This document shows positions 54,366 through 64,000 of a DNA stretch of 64,000 bases, in pieces. The DNA is from Eledone cirrhosa. Its lineage: Eukaryota. The DNA lies in assembly GCA_964016885.1 (NCBI GenBank), contig OZ024745.1:54498001-54562000 (forward strand). The letters run 5' to 3'. The position numbers were made by a program, and so were the translations under genes. The notes beneath the pieces are model-generated. The model was not told where the DNA came from. It worked only from the letters and a program-made list of their open reading frames with translations, and did no database searches. Positions within the stretch are counted from its first letter, which is position 1. Each line of letters opens with the position of its first letter.

Positions 54366-56073
54366 AAACAAGAGAAAAACCATTCGTTCTCTCAGTCTTT
54401 TAATATTATGTTAAGCTTGATGTTGAATTATAAATAACCACCAGTAACACCAAAAGGTGTGCAAAAGAGATAAACATTTCTAATTTAGTCACAAGACCAG
54501 AAATTTAGGAGAGTTGAAGTCGAATAAACCGATTCCCGTACTTCATTGATACTTTGTTTTACCGACTTCGGAAGGATGAAAGACAACGTTGAAGTCAGTG
54601 AGTTTCGAACATAAGTAGCCACGATCTTAAGATTCTACAAATCTACTGCCCCCTCATTAATAATAAGAATGAGAAATTTGTTGATGTTAATATCGGCCTT
54701 TGTCAAATGTTTCTCATTTTTCTCGCCTTTATCACCATCATTGTATTGCGCTTGCTGACCAACATCATCCGTGTATAAAGAGCATATATTTTTGTTGTTT
54801 TCGCTAAAAATAAACACCTTTGTTCAAAGTTATTTCAGATATAAATTTTCCTTTCAGCTTTATTAAACTATATTTGTCTTACACCAACGTATACGCCTTT
54901 ATTTCAAAGCTAGGGTACATGATCTGCAGAAGTTATTTTGGTATAGGTGTTAGGACTTGTATTTCTAGCAGATTGACTGATGGCATAGTTACATGTATTG
55001 TTATTGTTCATGTTGTTGTTTAAATTTAGATCGGCCCTGGTTGACCAGATATTTTATCTAGCATTCCAGTGGTGGATGTCTTGTGGGAGCTACATTGTGT
55101 GGGAATCGTTATACCTAGAAGGTAGAGTATCGCCAAAAGAACATCCAAATGAAAGGGGATATTTGTAATCGCAGATGTTTAGTACTTACATACTTCGTGT
55201 TCAAATCCGGCTGCATCCAGCTTTTCAATGGCTCCTATAGAACTGGCTAGATGTAAATATCAAGAAAAATGTGCGAGGCCCCTTCGAATTGCCCTTGATA
55301 TCTGTGATAGCTTTGAATGACACACTTAAAAGGGATAACTGAAGGTCGGAAATTGTTTGTTCCGTTTGAATAATCTAATATTTGATTCACAAAATTTTCC
55401 GACGCTACACAGTATCCCGTCTAAACTTGCTTTCATATTATCTAACGTGATCATTTCTATTCTCTTTGACCTTTCATACTTCTCGCCCAAATTCTCCCCA
55501 CCTTTATACATATATCTCTTTTCTTTTTCTGACTATAAAAGAAATAGAACGTAATGTTTGTTTTCAAGCTAGAAGGTCACATTTCATTTACACAGGAGTT
55601 ATATTCTTAACGTCTCGCCCACTCCTTCTGTAATTTAAGACTAACAGCGATGAACTACTAAGAGAGACGGAGCAATGGGTGATACTTTTAGCTCTCGACT
55701 CAGTGAAGTAGCTATGACGAGGCGATTAAAGGACGCCTCTAATAAATCCCAGTCGTCGGGGATCTGAGACGGACCAGATTGGTGACTGGCGTGAACAGTG
55801 AACAAGCTCACCAGAACTGCAATATTGTGAGACGTTACAAAAAGAAACATACCTTCTTCTTCCCGTGTGTTTAACAAGCGATGTGTTTAGGCCTTAGGTA
55901 GAAGGGCTTGTTCTAAAAGTATACATGACAGTCTTTAATACATGGTCTAAAGATTGACGATATGTCTGCACCATGTCCTGGGAGATGCAGTATATACGCA
56001 CACAGATTGCGTATTACGGGGCTGACCATACAGAGTCTTTGGGAGTGAGCAAACGGTAACAATAGCTCTTTCA

Positions 56074-56169
<96 letters not shown>

Positions 56170-58593
56170 GTTTGTGTGTGAGTATGTTTGTATTAATCTG
56201 AGCACATGATTAAATTGGTTGGTAAAATTTAAAACATATTGGCATCTGATTGTTTCTTATAATTTCGGAAATGACCAAGAAAAAAGAGCCTAATATAATT
56301 GCTGTCATTGGTAGGTTTAACTTTTATCTCCCTTGGGTGATATAATATATACCAAAATACCAAGCAAGTACTGGGGTTCATTTAACCACCTATAATCACC
56401 CATCTTACAAGAAACAGTCTGATAGTGTGATAATTTATAGGTACTTATTGATTTTTATTATTGTCACAAGGTCACATAAATGGACAATATTACAATCAAT
56501 TTAATCGACCATTAAATTTATAACCAAAGTTGTACTAAAGGCAGATTTGAACATGATGGATCGTGGATTCAGAATGTAAACTGTCGCCCTTTAGTACATC
56601 TTTTGGCAGAGGTATTAAAAATACGACCATCTACTTCCATTATTTAAGTCGTTATTAACGAGTAAAAATTGCTCCATGTAACTCTAATATCCATATCACG
56701 TACATTAACTGAGATACACATCTAGCATGTATAGAGTATGTGACATGAATCATACATCTTTTATTTTTTATGTGGCCCAAAGTCAGACTTGTTAAATCAC
56801 TATGAATGAAGCAAGGGCAATCACACCGTAAGATGTTTTGTATTCTAATATATCGAAGAGTATATAAGTACATCAAGTACACCACCCAGGAGCAAATTAT
56901 TCAACACATTCATATTTGTTTTTTATTAAGTACGGTGCGGCCTGCATTGACTCAAGGGGCTCCTTTCATAATCTGATGGTTAATAGATATGAATGCATCC
57001 AGGGAAAATATGTCTTGCTATGACGATGTTTCTAGAAGAATAATTTGATCTTCCCATCTTGCGAGCTAACAAATCTGCACTGAAATTATAACAAAGGCAA
57101 TACTCTATATTCATAATAAACGATGTTATAAGAAACAGAAAGACTGCAGGACTGACAATAGATTTTTGACAGCACTAAATTCAGGTGTCCCTTGAGAATC
57201 TACAGAAAGTAACAAATAAACCAAACACTCGATATTTTCTAGTTTACATGTTTTAATCTACAGCGCAAACATGTCTGACAGTATTCCTGTAACATTGTTC
57301 TGTATAACATAAAACAAGCAAGCTACTCCACAACTTAATATAGCGCATTGAGCAGAGACACACAGGCATACAGACTCACGCAAACACTTAAGCACAAGCA
57401 CACACACTCTCATAAACATACACGCACATAAACATATATACATGTATGCATACACACACATATATATACATTCATACACATATACACATACATACTCACA
57501 TTTACACATCCCTACATATACTCATAAGTACACGACGTACATAATTAATTCAAACATACATTCAAACATTCATACATAGATAGATACATATATACATACC
57601 TGCATGCATGCATACTTGTTTACACGTTCAAAAAATAAAACATCATGATTATCGACAGTTCTTCACTATTCTCATTATACTCTCACCTCTTTCATTCCAT
57701 ATATTCCTATTACATTTTTATTAATTTATTTATTCTTGTTTACTACCTTTCTTTCTTCTCCTACTATCTCTACCTTCCTCACCCCTGCCCACCCTCTTCC
57801 CCTCCCGCACTCTCATTCTTTCTAATCACATTCAGTCATGTGAACGGTATTTCATGCCAGATCTTTCTGTTGAACTCATACAATTAACAAAAGATAGCAG
57901 ATCGCGTTCTTATGAATAAAGAAAGCATTGAACAAATAAACCAGCAATTGACACAAACCGGATCGAAATTAACACACAACAGAATTAAAGTTAGTAATGG
58001 CACCTATTATGCTAAAACCTCTTCGCTTTTCACCTAATGGACAGCAAAATTAAGTTCAAATTAAATCTGTCAATGTCTAATAGTGAACTAAAAGTTCACG
58101 TCATCTTCGAATTTATCAAGAACATTCCAGGTTAAACTGCTTCAACTGTTTAGTTACTTTTTTAATACTTGTTTTGCCTGTTGTCCTTCTATTTTATTAT
58201 GTTTGTCGATCATCTTGTTGTTTTACCTGATATAAATTTGTATGATATCTCTATGGTATTCTATTGTTGCTTTTAAGAAACAATCATTTCCTTCATTACA
58301 ATCATTTTGTTAAGTGCTAAATAATGTGAAGCAAATGATGAAATGAGGCTTTTAAAAATATTTGTATCTGTACAGTGTAGCATAATGGTAAAATGCTTTG
58401 GTCGATAGCCAAAAGAATACTGATAGGTTTACAACAGGTCATTCAGTTGTTTTGATTTTATTTGTTTTCTGTTGTGTTCTTTGTTACGATATACTTTTTT
58501 GTGTTTGCTAGAAATGATAATATCGCTGATGTATCGTTTTAAAACAAGGAGTTAGAAGCCTGTTTATATGACATCTTCATGTTATTACCTTGT

Positions 58594-58779
58594 GGCGGTG
58601 GATTGGCAGTATCGGTAGAGAGTCGGACACATTGCTTTGAAGCATAGAGTTACGTCCCTTTATGATCTGAGTTCAAATCCCGCCGAGGTTAACTTTGCCT
58701 TTCATCCTTACGGGGTCGATAAAATAAAGTACCAGTAATACACTGGGTATTTGCTGGCCTTGTGCCAAAAGTAGAAACA
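58594..58779 (+). mobile_element. tRNA-derived SINE (family S), full length with 13-bp target-site duplication
   Basis: A box TGGCAGTATCGG, B box GAGTTCAAATCC; GTTATTACCTTGT at 58581-58593 and 58780-58792. Confidence 0.92.
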
Positions 58780-59559
58780 GTTATTACCTTGTTGTTTTTA
58801 ACAAATACTGGGTGACATCATGTATGAGTGAAAATCTCATTTCATATATGCATGATTTCAAGTGTGAAAATTCACCCATCTTGGTAGGCGGAATATTTAT
58901 GGAGGTTTATCCATCAGATCCTTTCTGTTCTAGAGTGGTAGACTTAAATTCGCGCTCATATTGTTCCACACCAACATGTGTTAGAAGTATTAAAGGATCG
59001 GACGAAATACCCGGTGAAATGTTTTCGACTCTCTGCTTCCTGAATTAATTTCCCGTCAATGTCAACATTGATTTTCTTCCTTTGATTCTGATAGTATAAC
59101 AAATTCGTCCATGGTGATGAATTGGCTGAATTATTGGAGCCAATTTTAATATTTTTTTAGTTCACCATCCCTCCCTACAGGCAATTTCAGTTGTAGATTT
59201 AAGCGGTTACTAAGCTTCAAGGCCAGGATTTGGTCTTTAGAAGAGTCCACACTGTTGTAAGCAATTGGAGCACGTCACTGGCTACAAAATAGTCTTCCAA
59301 TTTCATCCACCAATTATGCATGGTCTGAAACAATAAATCTAAAACATGTAAAAATATTCACTCTGCAACAAACTTTCAGGTCTCTGCTCTGAGGATGAAT
59401 TCTTTTATTTCTTCCAAGCAATCTCATGTTCATTGCTCAACCACTTCCGAGTGAAACATTGAAACATGTTAATGTTTCGTATTGAATAGTTTCGTATCAT
59501 GTTCCTATCCCAGATAGAATTCCTTTTCTCATCTGTGTATTTTGCTACTGGAACTTTTA

Positions 59560-60662
59560 TAGAGGAGGTTGGGTTGAGGTTTGAGGATGAAAATAACGCT
59601 TATATTGCTTCGTTGGTGTATTACAGAATCACCGTCATGTCATATTCCAAGAAAGACCCCACTAAATTAGAGTGTATGTTCATTCGCTTCTAGTTGGAGA
59701 GAAGTTTCGCGATTGTGTCGAAATGTATCGTGTCAACGTCAAATATAACTGGGTCAGACGATGATGCGAAAAGTGATGCCCATAAACAAGCTAAGGATTA
59801 ATTATTTGCAGAGACTCCTAGAAGACGATGACTGAATAGTTATGTTCACTAATCGCCCCACATATACCTTCAACAGCTGTTTCTTTGATCAAGTAAATAC
59901 CAAACACGAACACTGCGCTGTCATAGCAAGGCCTCTACTCTAAGACGTTCGATGGGCTCAAGAAGCAGAGGTGCAGTCTAGCAATACAGACATAGTTTGG
60001 TCTATGGTGGACCACGTTGAGCGTGTGTTACTCGATCCAAACAGATGTTTGTGGTCTTTCAGCGACAATTTGCTGAACTTTCGGAACGAGTGGTGGGCCG
60101 GAACAACGATTTGACTTCAGTGTTTATCTCGCCACAGCTGTTAGTCTCTGCAATGGAGCCGTGGTGTTGCGAAAATCCGATAACAACAATTGAAATACAG
60201 GACTCTTAGTTTAGCTGCACGATGGGCCAATCACTTGACCTAGATGGTCTGCCCTACAAAATTTACGTTTATAGGCCAGAATTGTTCGGCGACCTTATGT
60301 CAGATATTTAGCACATCTGACAGTAGATTGAGTCAAACTCCAGTTCTGTAAGCCAAGGAACTGTGTCGTTGCTGAGAAAGGAACCGATCAACGGGAACGA
60401 CATAGGTAATGTTCGGCCTATAATTCAAGACTTTGCCAAAAGGATAGCAAACTGTTGGTGCGCTCAAATGGATAGGTAATTTACCGGGAGTCAATACCCA
60501 CTGTGGTATATTTTTTATTGTTATTAATTCATTATTTATTGTTATCTGTTATATTTGTTTGCACGTTTTCAATTATTTTCAATTGTTTGTAAATCCCACT
60601 GTCCCTGTCTTTTCTATTGTTCTATATGTTTTGGCCACTGTGGCCAATAAACAAACTATTAG
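59560..60662 (+). pseudogene. Old, rearranged L1/Tx1-like remnant related to the 47771-52760 element
   Basis: NAYIASLVYYRITV (cf. NAYIASVIYYRLTV), QMFVVFQRQFAEL (cf. QMCEAFQRHFAQL), LDGLPYKIY, VSLLRKEP; similar 3' UTR ending tgtggccaataaacaaactatt. Confidence 0.75.
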
Positions 60663-60874
60663 TATAAAAAAAGCCAAAAATAAAGATTAACTATCAAAAA
60701 TTGTAAGTTATATTTCCACTGTTCCCAAACGTTCAGAGTGAACATTTCAGCGGATTTGGTATTTGTCTTCCATACATACAAGTTGATTTGTAATAGACTG
60801 TTTCCACATCTGTTGATGACTAGGCATCATGTAGTCAAGATGAAATAGTCTACTGCTAATCTCACCAGCTTTAA

Positions 60875-61010
60875 AACTACTGCCACCACAACATCCGCAC
60901 CGCCGCCGCCGCCACCACCACCACCATTACCACCACCACCATCACCACCAAACCTAATTACAATGACCACAAACAGCCTCTCTGGATCGTTTGCAACGCC
61001 GCAGCTGCTA

Positions 61011-61095
<85 letters not shown>

Positions 61096-62145
61096 CACGA
61101 CCACCAACAGCACCACCACCACGACCACCACCACCTATACTACTACTAGAATAATGTACACAACCGCTAATTATGGTAGGACTATAATGTCCACAACCAC
61201 CCCAAGCACCGTTAATACCACGATCACTACAACAGTAACAATTATTACTACTACCCCCATTGTTGCTAAAACAAGTACTGAAACTGATCATAAGTTCCAC
61301 CAGCACCAGCACCACCACCACCATCAACACCATCATCATCTCCACAACCACCACAATCACCATCATCATCACCACCCACCACAACCTCCACTACCACTAC
61401 ACCACCACAACCACCACAATCACCACCACCACAACCACCACCGGAACCACCGCAACCACCACAACCACCACCACCACCACCACCACAACCACCACAACCA
61501 CCACCACAACCACCACAACCACGACTACAACCACCACAACCACCACAACCACCACTACAACCACCACAAACACCACAACCACCACAACCACCACCACAAC
61601 CTCCACTACCACCACTCCACCACAACCACCACAACCACCACCACTACAAACACAACCACCACAACCACCACAAATACTACAAACACAACCACCACCGACA
61701 CAACTTTACTACTACCACCACAACAACCACCATATCAACAACAACACCATCATCATCACCACCACCACCACCACAACCATCACCACTACAAACAACCACC
61801 ACCGACACAACCTTACTACTACCACCACAACAACCACCATATCAACAACAACACCATCATCATCACCACCACCACCACCACCACAATCATCACCACTACA
61901 AACACAACCACCACCGACACAACCTTACTACTACCACCACAACAACCACCATATCAACAACAACACCATCATCATCACCACCACCACCACCACCACAACC
62001 ATCACCACTACAAACACAACCACCACCGACACAACCTTACTACTACCACCACAACAACCAACATATCAACAACAACACCATCAACAACAGCAATAAAAAC
62101 ACCACCACAATGTCCGTCACCAATACTACTAATCGTACAATACTA
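60875..62145. repeat. Compound trinucleotide low-complexity tract (CAC/AAC/CTA/CTG) with ~110-120-bp higher-order repeats
   Basis: The unit start accaccgacacaac(c/t)ttactactaccacc recurs four times between 61690 and 62080. Confidence 0.9.
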
Positions 62146-62377
62146 AATTCACGGTCGATCCATGACAGAAGAGCGCTACATATTATTGCTAGCAAGAAAT
62201 TTATGAGCGATGTGTGTTAGGTGTTATACTGGTCAAGTTGATCTAGACGGAATGGAATGTGAAGTTGTAATTTGATCTAAAAACGAATGTACTTAATGCG
62301 CCACCCACTATCTAGTACATCATTAATTATATAGTCTGTCAAGGAGACTTAAACGCTTTGGTTATTGCGTTGAGAAG

Positions 62378-62429
<52 letters not shown>

Positions 62430-62446
62430 ACATTTAACCCTCCCCC

Positions 62447-62520
<74 letters not shown>

Positions 62521-62524
<4 letters not shown>

Positions 62525-62728
62525 AACGAGTAGGACCCCGACGGCTGAGCTCAAGCCGTTTCGACGGCTAATTCTGGACTAAAATGATTTTAGTCCAGAA
62601 TCAGCCGTCGAGACGGCTTGAGCTCAGCCGTCGGGGTCCTACTCGATCCTATTACCCACTCTACTACCCTAAGTATCGAGTACTTTGGTGCGTTATGGTC
62701 CACCTGGTTCCTTACCACATTTCCTTCG

Positions 62729-62731
<3 letters not shown>
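62521..62731. mobile_element. Family H6 inverted repeat with 5'-truncated HHR halves
   Basis: ~63-bp arms centred near 62586; GAAACGGCUUGAGCUCAGCCGUCGGGGU on the minus arm; (TA)n on both sides. Confidence 0.8.
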
Positions 62732-62759
<28 letters not shown>

Positions 62760-62765
<6 letters not shown>

Positions 62766-63823
62766 AATAATGGAGCTGCGGCGTTGCAAATGGGTTACAT
62801 ATAAAAAAGGGGGGGAGTCCTTCATCAGTGACCCTCCAACCGTCCCAGGCATTTCATCGCTTTAAGGGCCATATACCTCAGGTTGGTGCGAACAACGGCT
62901 AAAAAAAGTCGTTGGGACACGTAAATAAAGAGAACGTTAGGGTGAACAAACAAAATGGTTTAAGCAACAGAAAGTGAGAGGAAAGAGACAAGTCCCAGAT
63001 TTCTATGAATATAAACTCGATAAAATCGTGAACTACTAGAGAATAAAGACCATCGGACCTGGTTGAAATGTGAGTAAGGAAGGAATTTCTCACAGGCCTA
63101 ACGGGAGGAAGAAGAAGAAGGGGTCTGGTGTGCGAATTCGGTAAACATAAGTTTTGTGAAGACGCAGACGAGAGGGAGAGAAAAAAAATTCATACCGGCT
63201 TGGCCAAGAGTGCGCGAGAAAAGGAATCGGACAGGTCAAGCGGGAAGAAAGAGGAGTGGGGGAGAGGTAGTGACAGGGTATGAGTGAGTGAAAGTTGAGG
63301 AAGAGGCTAACAGAGAGAGAGACTGCTAGAAAGGGTAAAGATACAAAGAGAGAAACAGACGGGTGGCAGCAGAGGAAAAAATATGTGTAAATATGATAAT
63401 AATGGAGCTGCGGCGTTGCAAATGGGTTACATATAAAAAAGGGGGGGAGTCCTTCATCAGTGACCCTCCAACCGTCCCAGGCATTTCATCGCTTTAAGGG
63501 CCATATACCTCAGGTTGGTGCGAACAACGGCTAAAAAAAGTCGTTGGGACACGTAAATAAAGAGAACGTTAGGGTGAACAAACAAAATGGTTTAAGCAAC
63601 AGAAAGTGAGAGGAAAGAGACAAGTCCCAGATTTCTATGAATATAAACTCGATAAAATCGTGAACTACTAGAGAATAAAGACCATCGGACCTGGTTGAAA
63701 TGTGAGTAAGGAAGGAATTTCTCACAGGCCTAACGGGAGGAAGAAGAAGAAGGGGTCTGGTCTGCGAATTCGGTAAACATAAGTTTTGTGAAGACGCAGA
63801 CGAGAGGGAGAGAAAAAAAAAAA
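62760..63823. repeat. 632-bp-period tandem direct repeat (about 1.7 units) between (TA)n tracts
   Basis: 62760-63188 is repeated almost exactly at 63392-63820; the identical ORFs 62899..63093 and 63531..63725 are offset by 632. Confidence 0.9.
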
Positions 63824-63865
<42 letters not shown>

Positions 63866-64000
63866 TTGTATATATGAGATATGTATAGCTGACTTACTAA
63901 CGTGCGTTTATATTAAACGCAGGTATTAGAGTAGTTTTGAAAAATGGATATTGCTGTTAAACCACATTTTCTTTCTTGTGTCGAGGAAAATAGGTAAACT

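Noticed and set aside
58594-58690. tRNA gene
   Set aside because: The A and B boxes belong to a multicopy SINE with a target-site duplication; no cloverleaf seen.
60827-62146. His-, Thr- and Gly/Cys-rich ORFs up to 330 aa
   Set aside because: Open in several frames on both strands because of the triplet repeats; no domain or splice evidence.

Overview
AT-rich, microsatellite-dense eukaryotic DNA with no recognisable host gene; the SINE family and repeat style suggest a cephalopod (Octopus-like) genome, which is inference. Almost all non-repeat ORFs belong to transposons. The window holds: (1) a stack of five R4/Dong-like RLE non-LTR retrotransposons of two families inserted into (TAA)n (37.4-47.7 kb), abutted tail-to-tail by an internally deleted L1/Tx1-like element (47.8-52.8 kb); (2) RTE-clade fragments, a short bipartite RTE-derived element, a decayed Penelope-like (PLE) GIY-YIG region, a mariner remnant, MITEs and tRNA-derived SINEs; (3) most notably, at least nine distinct short non-coding families beside (TA)n tracts, mostly as inverted repeats, each carrying a type I hammerhead ribozyme (HHR) motif. 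These include stem II covariation between copies, a U3-A8 core variant, a family-wide U4C variant, and one intact HHR inside a ~300-nt rod-like hairpin resembling a retrozyme. All structures were read by eye and need computational and biochemical confirmation.
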